From contig NW_027270906.1 of the NCBI RefSeq assembly GCF_040938485.1, positions 3,720,001 to 3,784,000 on the forward strand: 64,000 nt of DNA, read 5' to 3'. The stretch comes from Diadema antillarum. Lineage: Eukaryota. The notes under the pieces were generated by a model. It was not told the origin of the DNA, did not search any database, and saw only the letters and a program-made list of their open reading frames with translations. Made by a program: the position numbers and the translations under genes. This document shows positions 13,039 through 26,493 of this stretch, piece after piece (position 1 is the stretch's first letter; the number at the start of each line of letters is the position of its first letter).

Positions 13039-13146
13039 CTGGATGAGGTCGATGTAGTTTCTGAAGTGCTGGAGCTGGGAGTCAATGACCCGGACCTCAG
13101 CGAAGGGGTCCGCAGTGGGACTCCCCGATTCCCTCTGCTCAGTCAT
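13039..13146 (-). CDS. C2H2 zinc-finger protein, first coding segment (MTEQRESGSPTADPFAEVRVIDSQLQHFRNYIDLIQ); exon begins at about 13235
   Basis: accATGA start, 108 nt, donor CAG|gtacat in phase 0 matching the next exon. Upstream acceptor tctcattgtcctccag at 13237-13236. Total protein 36+124+744 = 904 aa. Confidence 0.8.
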
Positions 13147-13610
13147 GGTTGGTATTATGTGATGTCCTGCCTGAAATTCTCACCCATCTGGCATGGTTCC
13201 CGTGGATAGCTGCAATGTCGCTCAATCAATTTACCCTGGAGGACAATGAGAAACATACAAGTACAAGTTTGAGGACCATAGTTAGGTTCAGAGGGAGTTA
13301 CCTTGATAGTAGCTTAGTATCCAAGTTAACTTGTAGTTCTTAACTCCTGGGGCCTCTAACATTCCAGTGAGGAACCACATGAATGGACCTTGTAGATGGC
13401 TAATGCAAAGTTAGCACAGTGCTTGTACCCTACAAGAAATCTTCTGGTATAAAGAACATGTGTTGTTCAACGATAGTGGTATCCCCCCAAAAGTGTCATA
13501 GTTCATAGGCCCATGTAAACACAGTTAACAAGGAGTGCATAGTAAGGCTTGACCGTCCTGAGTTCTGCACTACTTGAAGTGAACAAACACCTGCAGACAA
13601 ATGCTTAGTA

Positions 13611-13821
13611 CTGTAAAACCAGAAATTTTCATGTGCATGAAACTTTCATTAAATTTTGCCAGGAGCCAAGATTTGTGATTTCAAGTAAAATGCACACAAA
13701 AGGCTTTTCCTACACAATGCATTGAATGCCATTGGCACTAACACAAAAGTTTCATGCCGTGAAAAATGCTGTCTGCTCCAATCAGCGAAACTTTCATTGC
13801 CCTAATATTTGGGTTTTACAG
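13611..13821. mobile_element. TA-flanked MITE with CTGTAAAACC termini
   Basis: ta|ctgtaaaacc ... ggttttacag|ta: 10-bp perfect TIR with TA on both sides. Confidence 0.75.
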
Positions 13822-15059
13822 TATGCGTGAAATGGGGGTCATTGCAGACTGGGCACTGCAGTTCCTAATTTCATCATTGAGTCTAGCTCACTGTGAGCTG
13901 AACTATGTGACTATCATCAAGGTTATTAAAGCACCATGTGAATGCACCAGTAAACTGCACTTTGGTAGCAAAAGGTTGGAAATACTACATGCACATTGTA
14001 TCACAAAACAAACACCAGGTTAATCACCTCGACCACACAAAGACAACCCAAACATTTCACTGAACTGATCAATTTACTGCCCTAGTGTGAATTGCTGGGT
14101 ACTTTTGACAGAAATATGGCAGACACAAAATTGCTTCAAATAACGAAGTATTCTAAAAAATCACAAAATAATAATGACTACAATGACGTTAGTAATAATA
14201 ATGATAAAGACAATAATGACAACAATAATGATAATGAAATTACTTCAGAGAGCACCAGTTATACAGAAATTAACTATGCAGTGGAGATCTATTATATTTC
14301 AACAACAGCACCAGTTATATGGAAATTAACTATGCAGTGGAAATCTATTAGATTTCAACAACAGAAGAAAGCCTGAAGGCATGATAGTACAATAAAACAA
14401 AGTCTTGGCATGGTTCTTTTTGCTTGCTTCCAGTACATGGAAAGACAAAAAAAAAAAAATCACAGCATCCTTGTATGGAATCATTTCATCTGACAGACGC
14501 TGCACTCAATAACTCAGCTGGCGAGTACCCATTATCTTAGGACTGCCAGCAGAACAGGGGATCTAGAAAATAATGATCACAAAATTTTCCAGGGAATAGA
14601 ATCAAGAATATTAGCTTTCTGCAAAAAGTAGGTCACAAAGCTTGCATGAAACTCTGAATTACGTGCCATGCACACAATCTGAAGAGTGTTAATTCCTTAC
14701 CGGAAAATGGGAGTAACATGAGATGTAAGGCCTTACAATACGTTCTGTCTAAAACTCATATAAAGTGTTCTCTGGTCCTCACAACAGAGAGTTCTTTTCC
14801 AAAGAAGAGCCTTGAACTTATCCTAGGAAGCTGAAATGAAGGCTGAAGTATTGTTCAAGAAATACCAGGACAGCACTAATGGGGAAGTCATCACTAAAAT
14901 TCAGGTGGATTCCGGGAATGGATGAATAGTAGACGATCACATCAACCAAGTAAGAGGAAATTGGACAATTAGTGCAAAAACTGTTATCATTATTATCTTT
15001 CTTTCTTTTTTCCCCCTTTTTAAAAAAAAGTTTTGGTGCTGCCATGACTGAATAACGAG

Positions 15060-15320
15060 GCTACAACTGTTCATGATGACACGGTAGTGCACAGGAAATA
15101 TAAGGAAAACTCAACATATTTTTAGTTTTTAAGTCTAATTAAAGAGCACTGGACTTACCTCTATCAGAAGGCAGATGCAATATTTCCCTGAACATGAAAT
15201 TTGTCAGTAAGAAGTTGAGGTAATGTGTACTTTTTTGAAAGGAAAAAAAATTGTGGATTTCTATTTCTTTTTTTCTATACATATCTTTCCAATACTGTGA
15301 CACCATGAATTTTTGTAACC
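15060..15320. mobile_element. Decayed core of the Kolobok-like foldback family seen at 46308
   Basis: Shares ggaaatataa...caacatattt...aatgtgtacttttt...gtgaca with the centre of 46308-46876. Confidence 0.55.
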
Positions 15321-15924
15321 TTCTTCTCCACCAATGTAGAAATGGACAAGAAATCTTCATAAAGTTGATAAAAAGAATCAACATTGCCATGGAATTTCAT
15401 AAGAATTGCAGTACCTGAAAAGTACAACCTAGATATTTTACAGATCAGGCCAAAACATCAGAACACCCTGGATGGATTAATTCTACTGTAATATGCTCCT
15501 GATAAGACTACTGGTCCATTTAATGTGACAGAGAGGACATACAATATCTTTGGTCATATCCTGCTCACATATCTCCAGTTACATCTGTCTCTTTCAGTTT
15601 CACTCGGCACAGAGTGCCAAGACGAATGAGTCTAACTCAAAACAGTGCAGGAGAATACATTATTCACATTAGAAGCCACTTTTGAAGGAAGACTCCCTGT
15701 GATCCCATGACCAGTACTGGTCAAAACTACCTCCATGTATATCAACACTAAATTTTATATGAAGCTAGTACACTCACACCTGCTATGGTGGCCACCTGTC
15801 TATAGCAGCCACCTGCTATTGTACAGTCACTGAGAAAAAAAGAAGAAGAAAAAGAAAGTCCCCCTTAAAAGAAAGCCATGTTAAAGACCCTGTCTATAGC
15901 AGCCATCTGTCCATAATGGGTCTA

Positions 15925-16086
15925 GGGCAATCACCCCATACCCTTGCCCTGACCCTAACCCTAATCGTAATCCTGAACTTAATCCTCACCCTAAACCAAA
16001 CTCCTTACTCTAAACCTAACCCTAACCCTAATCTTACTCTAACCTTATCACTAATCAGTATTTAGGGGTAGGAGGTAACTGCCCTA
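15925..16086. mobile_element. Short element with inverted subterminal repeats and internal (CCCTAA)-like hexamers (Helentron-associated/HINE-like)
   Basis: agggcaatcaccccatacccc is inverted to ggggtaggaggtaactgccct, enclosing a degenerate ccctaaccctaa array. Confidence 0.55.
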
Positions 16087-16639
16087 TTACGGTCGAGAAC
16101 AGCCACTTTTTCGTATCCCTTGGGTGATGCTATATCAGACAGGTTTGACTCTACCAGGTACCACAATAGTAACAGCACCAAATCCTTGATCACATAGGCC
16201 CTAATCCTTGGTTGGCAACGTGATTTGTGAGTTTTTCTACGCAGCTTTTCCAAGTAGTTTAAAAGCCATGTATTTTATAAGCTAAAAAAAGAAGAAGAGG
16301 AAAGCCCACTGGAACCAGACAGTGCGCTGTAAGGGTGGGGTTCGTAGACTTAGTCTGTATCAGTGTTCTGCACTGAATGACAGAGAGTTGAGGTAACTTT
16401 ATATAGTCACAGTGCACACATGCCTTTAAATATCTGTCACAATTCAGGTTGGCTATACCTGACTTATATTTGATTTTCTGACTTACGTTTGACTACAACC
16501 TTTTATGCAACAGGGCCCAGATCACAGAGACCTTGTACAGACTTTTACAGGCCATAAGGGGCAGTATTAGGCTTAAAGGACCATGGACAGGGTCATATGG
16601 ACATCTCAAGACGCTGCACAATCAATCATACATTGTACA

Positions 16640-16872
16640 GGTGTTCCCGAGCGGGCGACATGACGTTTGCTCCTGTGAAAGCCGCTCTGGTCATATTTTC
16701 TCCAAGGACTTAGGGTTGGGGTTAAGGTTATGATAGGGTTTTATGTCTAGTTTGATGATGTGTGGACTAGGATTAGGGTAAGGGTTATATTTGTGGGTTG
16801 AATTTATGCCTGACCTAGCATGCAGATATTTCATGGGAGCAAATGCCGCAGGAGCAAATGTCATGGAACCTC
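16640..16872. mobile_element. Second HINE-like element, opposite orientation, with internal (TTAGGG)-like hexamers
   Basis: catgacgtttgctcctg (16659-16675) is inverted to caggagcaaatgtcatg (16850-16866), enclosing ttagggttggggttaagg and ggattagggtaagggtt. Confidence 0.55.
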
Positions 16873-17769
16873 CCAAGCACCTTCAGCACTTGCAAAGGGT
16901 CACAAGAAATCCTGGGCATGATCCCTACAGATTCTATGGTGTGCAATCAGGATATCACTTCATAAAGCTCTATTCAAGAATGGCGTGTTTCAATGACTGC
17001 AGTTACTATGACAACAGCCATACAGCAAACCAATCATCATTATTACCACTGTCATGACAACTACACCTGCTACTGTAATCACCATCATCATTGTAAATGG
17101 TCAATGTTACTCTGTGGCCATGTCACTTCAAAGACATTATATCAGATTTTCCAATTCATTGTCAGTTAGAATGTTACAGACCTGAAACTAGGTCTCGACA
17201 AAAACTATATGATTCCTTTAAGAGTGAAAGTGAAAATTAAAATTAGCTTGATAACTTGACTGAAATTCTGAACTTTCAGCTCAGGGAGTAAGCACATTTG
17301 ACATTTAAAAGATTGCTGGTAATCAGCTACAAACACCAATTTCCTGGTAGGAATACATTCCTCATTAATGATATACCACTTCCTTTTCATCGTCCCTTGC
17401 ATGGACTCTTGTTGCCATGGAGACAGCTAATGACAAGTCTAGGGGCAAGAAAGCCTATTCAGGAAAGCCAGTATGAGAACAGTAGCATTAAACATTAAGG
17501 TTGTTAAGACTCAAATCACACAAATCCACACAATCACACGACCACATTATGATAGCGGCTTTAAGGAACATCCAAACAAGTGACTCAATGGTACAGCATT
17601 TGGGGAAACACTGTGAGTGATCCTCATTGCATCGTAATCAAAATTTGTAGTCGTCTACTTATTGGAGAGGCCTACATGCTAATCAATCTGGACTGATTGA
17701 TACAGTACATCTGATATGATTTACAGTGTAAATCACCCATCACTGTCATTGGAGATATCCATGGTTAGG

Positions 17770-18074
17770 CAGAGACTCCAACCCCAAGCACCTTCTGATC
17801 TGGAGATTCTCCCGCCCGACACCCCTAGCAAACGGGAGACTTCAAGTTGATGTGTGTGAAGCACGAAGTTCCTAGGGTTCTAGATGTTCTCTGGTGCTAT
17901 CTAAGGCTTATTTTTTTTCAACATACGATAGCAATAAGTAAGAAATCCTCTCCACCGGGAGACACAGAGCCAAGGCGGGAGAAATCAAATCTCCAGCGGG
18001 AGAACGGGAGATTTTGCAAAACTGGGTTTTCGGCGGGAGATCTCCCGTCGAAAACGGGAGAGTTGGAGTCTCTG
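17770..18074. mobile_element. hAT-like MITE with repeated CGGGAG subterminal motifs
   Basis: 13-bp TIR cagagactccaac / gttggagtctctg, with a direct repeat gttagg on both flanks and multiple cgggag/ctcccg motifs. Confidence 0.75.
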
Positions 18075-18368
18075 GTTAGGGGATGTCCATAGTTAGTCAC
18101 TGTGTCTTCCTGGATGGACACACACATATGAAAGTTAATACAAACACATTCGCATTCACACTTGTGTCTCACATATCGCAGATGATTAAAGCCATAGATC
18201 TCTCCCATGCCCCCCCCCCCTTCTCTCCCTGTTTCAAATATCTGACAAAATGATGCACAAAATGACAGTTTGACTACCAAAGACCATGATGTTATTTTGA
18301 TACAATCTGAGGACAAAACATCTCAGGAATTTTTTTACCAACATGTATCTGCACCCTCTCTTCGAAAG

Positions 18369-18409
<41 letters not shown>
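18369..18409. repeat. (CA)n microsatellite
   Basis: About 20 CA units, directly visible. Confidence 0.95.
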
Positions 18410-18412
<3 letters not shown>

Positions 18413-21400
18413 GCACACAATATGAATCTGTAATCAATTGTAAAGATAACAGAGGAAGGATTACAGATTGCAGCTGAAGTGAGCTTCCTGCCTTCCTTTG
18501 CTACATAGACAAACGCCATGAGCATGAGCTGATAATCTGCAAAGGCTTTCACGTATGCATATAAATTAGGCATAACACGGCCATGATAAGATGGAATATA
18601 TCGAGTATCTACTCTCACTCTCTATTTTATTAGCACATAATACAGTTTTCTACAGTCCTTGCAAGCTGTAAGCAGTATGAACATAAATCTCAGGCACACA
18701 TGTTACACTGAACAGGTCTGCCCAGGTTTTCAAGACTGTACTAAAAATATAATGCAATTTACTTTCTCCAGGCAAAGTCTCTCTCTCCTTTTTTTTGTTT
18801 GTTTTTTGTTGTTAAATATTCATGTATACAACATATTCATTAACGTATCATACATGCCAGTGTACATACCTCATTTTTGCCACACTATATTGGTTTTTAG
18901 TGACAAATACCTAATTACAGAAATGTTGGTTAGAGTTTGCAGCAAATGTTTGACTAACAAATTCTTTGCATGAACCATTATTAATTGGGAGAGCAACTAC
19001 ACTGTAGAGCAAATTTACAATAAAAAAAAAAAGATGTGCTGAAGACTGCATAAAAGTGGAAGAAAATAGTGACCAGGTAACCTGTGGGTAAAGTGAATGT
19101 GTAAAAGAAAGCAAAGGGATTTCCCATGACTAGACAATGCACCAGAAAAATACATATGTGGGACTTGCAAATTCATCCTCCTTTGACTTTTGATTGACAA
19201 TATTTTGGTTTCTATGCAATATTTTGGTTTCTATGCAATATTTTTGTGTACATCTTACTTCCAGATCTGTTACAGTTCTTTCTTTAGTGATGTTGACAGA
19301 AAATTAATTTTCTTCACTTGAGATGTCTTGCATGCAGATAACAAACTAATTTCATCGCTAATAGAAAAAGGAAGTACTGTATCCTGTCTATTTCTTCCAG
19401 ATTTATACACACTATGGAACAGGTTATGGTTTACCACTGATACTTGGAATTCACATTCCCATGTATCCATAAATTTGGCCTTGGACAACTACATACTTGC
19501 AGGAGCAGGATTCTCACCACAAGTCTCAGGGGTGCGGTAGGTAAAAACCTCATTCTGCATCATGCAAGACACTTTGGGGTTTTCCCTCGATCCCTGGGAA
19601 ACACAAACAGGATCCCACCACAGCAAGGGTGACCGAAGCGCCGGTAAAATACCCTTGGGCCACTTCAGACAAGCCACTGCCGGGTGCTCGTATCGAGATG
19701 GATGGGGTAGAATGAGGAAAGAAGAGTATAATACCAAGAAATCTGTTGATTCATTTCGATGAAAAGTTATGGGATACACTTTATATTGCCTGAATACTAC
19801 CTCAGCAGGAAAGAGCTAGACTGACCAATCTTTGTTCAGATGGTGTTTTCAAAGATGCTATGCAAAACTATGAAAGCAGAGGAGGAAGTACTTTTTTCCC
19901 ATTCTGAAACTCTGAGGCAAATGATTTGATACATTCTTTTAAGATTTGAGAAAATGGTTTCAAATGCTAAGGTTTCCTACCTCATACCCCTATGGACGAA
20001 CATTAGATATTTACGCAAATCAAATGTCAGAGAACAATTAAGATGCAAAACTCAGTGATTCCGCAACAGTTCAGTACCGTATCTCATTGATTTGTTGAAT
20101 TCATTTTAATCAGGTTGATAATATTATATTATTTGTATGGTATATTGTAAAAATTAAGTTGCAGATTGGTTGTATGTTACATAATTTACAATTCATTGTT
20201 CGGTTGCACTATCTATGAGGCATTAATATTATGTCAATGGGCTTTCATACCTATCTCGCGCTCTCCTATCTCTCTCTCACTCTCGTTCTCGCTTCTTTCT
20301 TCCTATCTCTCTCTCTCTCTCCCCTCTCTTCAAACTACTTTTATGCGAAATAGTGCAACATTTTGTAATCACCATCCAAATATGGTTCTCAGTGGTGTTC
20401 AGAGTTTAATGGTTATCATTTGAGATTCAGTTGCAATATTCATACCTCTACATTGAAAGAGTTCACCAAGCAACATGTCTGTTTGATACGGTTTCATGGG
20501 GCGCCCTCCCCATCCAGCAGTGGTCATAATATGTGATTGAAATTTAGCAAGCCACACTTCTGCAACACTCCTGTTGTGCAATAATTATTCCTGAATGTTA
20601 TGATAAAGCAATATTTTCTGTGACTTTTTTGGAATATTTCTTTTTTTCTGATCCACATATTTTGTGAATATCTTACACCTGCATTCATAAAATTGAAATT
20701 TTCTATTCATCATACGATTTACATTGACAATTTAATTTTTTTTTCAAGACGGTGCAATTTTTATAACACACATATTTTTTCTTTTTATAATAATGATAAT
20801 GAGTTGAATTGAGATTATTGTGTGATATTGATTGAGCTTATGTATTCAGATTATTATTAGAAAGTAATCTTAATTGTTATGAGAATAATTGAAATGTGAA
20901 ATATGAATGAATGTTGTTATGTTTGCATGCTTATTGCATATGCCTGGGTAGTCCCCCCCCCCCCCCCCTTTATATGTATAAGGTATTTCGGTTTTTGTAT
21001 AATTTTGACCATTAATGATACATAATATTGTTAAAAAGATAGTAATGTTAAAAGATTATATGGATTGAAATGATGATTCTAATAGAAATATAAGATGAAA
21101 AAGAAATAGATTCATTATTTTATATCTCTTTGCACATCTCATTCTAAGTATTCTCTTCTGTCTCTTTCTATCACTCTTGCTATCTCCTTCGTACCCATTC
21201 TGTGTTTCTCTCTCTCCGTCTCCATACACAAGTGTTTAATATCTCTTATGTCATCACTGCCCGCCTTATTTTTTTTTTCCAGTACATGTACAAACAAAAT
21301 TTGAAAGTTGTTGGAGAAGTATACTGATTTGTGTATATTTGATATATTTCAGTCTATAAGTTTGTGTATGCATATATGAGGGTGACATGAAGATTATGTT

Positions 21401-21479
21401 TAATTTTTCTCGCAGCTTTTTAAATGTGTATGTACAAGTGTATTTGATTAATTTTGATATTTTGGTCATCAGGTGTCTT

Positions 21480-21634
21480 TTTATAATTGTGTAGTTTTAT
21501 ATTTTAATCGAAGAATGATTGTATGATTATGTATGTTATTATAAAATGAAATATGATATTGTACAAAATTCTGCAATTCAGCCATCGCCATGGCTGCAAA
21601 TGAACTTTTAAATAAACCATTACCATTACCATTT
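21480..21634 (+). mobile_element. Probable 3' terminus of a non-LTR retroelement (hairpin, AATAAA, (CCATTA)n tail)
   Basis: Stem cagccat/atggctg at 21579-21596, aataaa at 21611-21616, then ccattaccattaccatt. Confidence 0.45.
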
Positions 21635-23665
21635 AACAATAAGCAATGTCCATATTGTTCACGCCCCTCAATAAGAACTGTGCTTTGGCCTTGAAAAGGA
21701 CAATGATTTCACTCAATGCAATGTCTCCATTTAACACATGATACCACTGGTGTAATTTGCTATCAGTATCCCATGACAACGACAGATCTTGCAATGAGCA
21801 CCAAATCAAACCTTTATAAATGGTGGAGGATTGAGTTGATGCACACTGCCTACTTACGTGACTGCACAGTCATGCACATTGCAATATTCTAACCAAATGT
21901 GGTTTAGGACGTGAACAGAAGCAAAAACTGCAATATTTCACATAGACATCCCTTTGAACACAATCTGCACAAGGGCAAAGCACATATATAAGGACACTTA
22001 AAAGAGTCTAAAGATTGGCATACAATGAACAGATAATTGAAGCATATTGATGTAAAACCAAAATAACCATGAAATCCGGTGATCATATTTCTGTTCAACG
22101 TACCATTTGTCTCTATGTGGAGATGACTTATGGTGAAATCAAAACCATGCTTTAGATGCAAATCATACTTCACAATCTACTCAAATGATTATCCATAAAA
22201 GAATAATGGGATACTATACAAAGACAACCTTAATCAGGCATGACTCCTGTGACAAATTACTCTATGACCAGTTTCTTGCGGAGATTTGGAGCCTTTTAAA
22301 ACATTTCACGTCTTTCACGGTGAATCGTCTCCCAGCGGGATGCAGTGGAAGTGCCGGTTGGATCTACCTCTCACTTGGCAGGAATCCCACAAATTAATAT
22401 CTTGTCGACTTATCGAACTGGAAATGCGTAGACACAGACGTAGAGCAGTGTGCACTCACGCAGGCAGAATGTTCAAGAGCCTCCCTCCCCGAAAGTCACT
22501 CCCACAAGAAAAATGGTCATTACAAGAAAAGGAGTGTAGCTTTCTCAGAAACAGGTTCAGATAGGTGATTTCATGTCCTATGGCTGTTCCAAGAACCAAA
22601 AATAAACAGGTCAGCTTGTCTGAGTCTGCCACATAATGTCTTACCATGCACCTCATATTAGCAATGCAAATGAAAATCCTTACTTGCAAACAAGTTTACC
22701 ATATTATTGACCATCTGGTGAAATATTGAAATGATTACCAATAAAAGGCATGACCAATATTGCTACATAATCACAACAAAAATCCTTTTACAAAACATCT
22801 TTGTGATGGCCCATTCTACGCTACTTGAGGTTACTAAAGACTATTTCAAAATATAGATGCAAGGTTGGCAATATCTACAAATTTGTAATCTAGGGTTTCT
22901 CCCTCAGCAAAAAACAAAAACAAAAACAAAATTAATATGATGGGTAAGGTCATTACCGAGAGGTTGAGGAAAGAATAAGCTGACAGTCCTATTCTCTCGA
23001 TGATATCTGTAAAAATATCTCCACCCGGATGCTGTTCTTTCACCCCAAGCTGTGCACTTCCTGTAAGAGGCAATCACGAGTGAAGTTGACAGGCCAACTC
23101 TGCAGTAAGCGGAGAGACCGTTTCTCTCGTGCTTTAGCCTAAAATTGCAGCTGTAGAAATTTGACATGATACAGTTTCTTTTCACCCAAAGGAGAAACCT
23201 GTTAACCTTGTGCACGTTGAAGCTGAATAGTATCATTACAAATTCACACAAATTTCAATTTGAAAGCGGTAATTATAATGCTGAATTGTATATTTCAGTG
23301 TAGTGTCCCAAATTGGTAGTTTCAATTGAATAATGTAGAGCATATTATGATGTTTGTTGAGCAGATGTACAATTAAGCTGAAGAATGTAAAAGCACAATG
23401 AAGTTGCAAAAATAATGCAACACAAAGAAGCCTTATGTTTTTACCTATAAAAAACAGTTTAAAGAACGTCTATCATCCATTACACTACACTGTATATAAA
23501 GGAATATCATATATGCTACATGTTTACACAAAGGACTAAAGTACCATTGGGGTGAGCAGACTGTGTGTGACACAAAATTGTTTTAATTTTTATTTTATAA
23601 AGATATCTCAAATTGAATTTATACATTGTGCCCTTGAAATGACATTCATCATATGGTGCAGTTAA

Positions 23666-24055
23666 AGGAATCATACAGTTTTGATTGAGACTTTACTTTA
23701 GGTTTCTAACATTTCTTGGCGAGATAATGAGAAACCTCTTATGAAATGTGAAAGAGCATGTAATTCCAAGAGGAATTCAATGTTTATTTGATGAAAATTG
23801 GTTTTGAAATGGCTGAGATATCCGAAAAGAGCGATCCTAATAAAAGGTGGGACCCACCTTTTAAAGTTTTATAATGATCACTTTCTTTTACTTTGTTTTT
23901 AGATGTCTCAGCCATTCCAAAACCAATTTTCATTGCATAAACTTTGAATTCCTCTTGAATGGTATACCCTGTACTATTTTATAAGTGGTTTCTCTAAGTA
24001 TCTTGCAAAAAGTTAAAAGCCCATTCCACATCTCCACCAATACTATACCATTCCT
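23666..24055. mobile_element. Kolobok-like foldback MITE, family 2
   Basis: ttaa|aggaat ... attcct|ttaa, with long internal inverted arms (gaaaattggttttgaaatggctgaga vs tctcagccattccaaaaccaattttc). A TTAA TSD with purine-purine termini is the Kolobok signature. Confidence 0.75.
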
Positions 24056-25262
24056 TTAAAGTGTCATTAATAATCAACTATGTCTAGAAATGCAAAAACT
24101 CCTTCACTAACAATATATCCTCAACTCTGACACAGTATGAAACTGCAAGTTGCTGAGGGATGCTCAAAAATCTTTCTAAGTCACACAAAGTTTGGTACAA
24201 TCCACATAAATGCATTACATATCGAGAAACTTTCAGGAATTCATAAAAGGTTAGGCCCCGTCTGTTTCACGGAAGTGTAAAAGGTACTCCCAGAGAAAGG
24301 TACATAAGGCACATTATGAAGGGCTAATTCCATCACACGCCAATGAATCCACATTTCGACCCAGTCGGCAGCAGATGAATGAATTGGCATTCCTCTTGGT
24401 GGCAGTGTCCATCGGCTGACATTCAAAATTCTTGCCTTGACATTTACCAATCCATACCACTCCAGAAAAGCATAGATTTATATCTTTGGATAACGCAGCA
24501 CAGCGGCTTTTTTTTCTCTCTCTCTTTTTTTTTTTTCAATAGATCTTGTGCATACAGTTGAAATGATCTGCATTGCTCGGTAGAGACACAGTTTCTACCT
24601 GAGCTAAATTGCTTCTGCACATCACAAGTGTACATTCTGTAAATGCACAATCATCGTGGAATTCATGCTAATGGAAGGAAAAAGGCGAGGGTGGATGGGG
24701 GCGGTAGAAATCGAGAGAAGGCAATTTACCTGTGCTGTGTAGGCTGTTCGTAAAGCCATCTCACGTTTGAATGCATGTGTGCATGGCACACAGGAGTGGC
24801 ACTGCCATGCATGTATCTAATTACGGAGCAGGTCAATCATTTCTGTGTGCACAGAAAAGGTGATGTCTGGCGTCAAAATTGTAAGTTTTCATCAGCAGAC
24901 CTGACAGATGAATTAACAAGGATTCATTTGCTATTCCTCCTCTGCCCTGCCCACATACATTGTAACTGAAAAAATGCATCTCAAGCATGCAATAGTGACG
25001 CTTCCAAGAATAGCAGAGTGGAACGTCAGCTAGAGAAACAATTTACATCTCATAAGTCAGACTAAACGTTGTCAGGCAGACATTAGATTTAATGTCACAA
25101 AACACTTTTACATAAATTCATGAACATGTGATGCTGCAGCATAAACAATGAGAAAAGTAATGTCACTAATATTTGACAGTTATACTTAAACTGGACTTCT
25201 CTCCCTCTCAACTTGCTCAAATCTATGGTCTATGATGAACAGATAAAAAGAAAAGATTACGC

Positions 25263-25620
25263 CAGGGTGGTCCTCGAGGGATTTGAGCATGTCGCTGCAA
25301 CATTCTCGAATTCTTGTGCAACATCCTAAAAGAGGCAGCAACACGCTGTGCAACATCTTCAAGAATTGGCAACATGCTCAAAATAAAATGTATCTAAACA
25401 TGTGAAAAACACATGCAAAACTTGAGAAACATCAATATCCAGAAATTTGTGTGCAAAACATGAGACAGAACATGCACCGGGACAACAGGAAATACATGTA
25501 AGTTGCAAAACACTACCTGCTATGTGCTCATGATGTAAGCTCTGCATACGTAAAATTTCCACGATATTTTCAAATTCAGAGCCTGCAACACGCTCAAATT
25601 TCAAGTCCTAGACCACCCTG
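25263..25620. mobile_element. hAT-like MITE
   Basis: TIR cagggtggtc / gaccaccctg extending imperfectly (atttgagc). Repeated gcaaca motifs. Flanks resemble a degraded 8-bp TSD. Confidence 0.65.
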
Positions 25621-26493
25621 ACTACTGCAATTATAAAAGAATAATTGTGTCAAAATTATACCGCGCTCTAAATTAACTAGCAAGGTCACACAGATGCACT
25701 ACGGGGAAAAAAGACATGATAAGTCAAAAAGTGAGTTTGTCAGACATAAAGAAATATCGACAATGTCCTCACACACTTGAATTTGGCCAACAAAGACTTA
25801 GTGATTTGAAAAGCCCGACTTTTGTTATATGAAGATTGTGACCTTTAAAAATGACGAATGTCAAAGTAATCGCCATGTGAATAGTGCATTCCTCAATCTT
25901 GTATTCTATTGTATCAGGTAGAGAATCGCTACCTGTAGACAGCAGTTGGCATTTACTTTGCTAGATGCGACAAAGAGCTGCTATGACCTGTTGACCTATT
26001 TCAAAAACCTCACAGCCCTGACTTTCACGAAGGCATTGCACTAACGTCACTGAAAAGAGCCAGCATCGTGAGCATTTCTGAACATGTCATTTCAGATTCA
26101 TTCTATACTCTGCATCAAAAAAAAAGAAGAAAAAAAAGAAAGAAGTGTAACAAGTATAAGGAATGACAAATGTACAAAACTATAAAAACATAACAAAAGG
26201 AAAAATATGCACAGTGAAAAGGGTAGGTGGAAAAGAAAAGGTTACATATAAATATAAAACGCAATTACAGATGTATAAAAAAGTGGGTTTCATTTTAGGT
26301 GCACAATAAAAAAAAAAATCATACTTGAAAAGCAATCCAGTCCACAGCTTAAGATGTCAAGAAATTATTGATTTTCAGCTAGGCATTGTGCTTGTATTGG
26401 GATACTGATAAATAATTGAATTTCTAGTATAACTGAAAATTGTAACACTGTGATATTCTTTCCATTATATTATAGGAAATAAATGACAGATGA

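Noticed and set aside
15159-15414. Possible minus-strand exon (tttcag| ... |gtaagt) with an 83-aa ORF
   Set aside because: Lies largely within a decayed MITE core, so the splice-like signals could be chance. Not supportable without RNA data.
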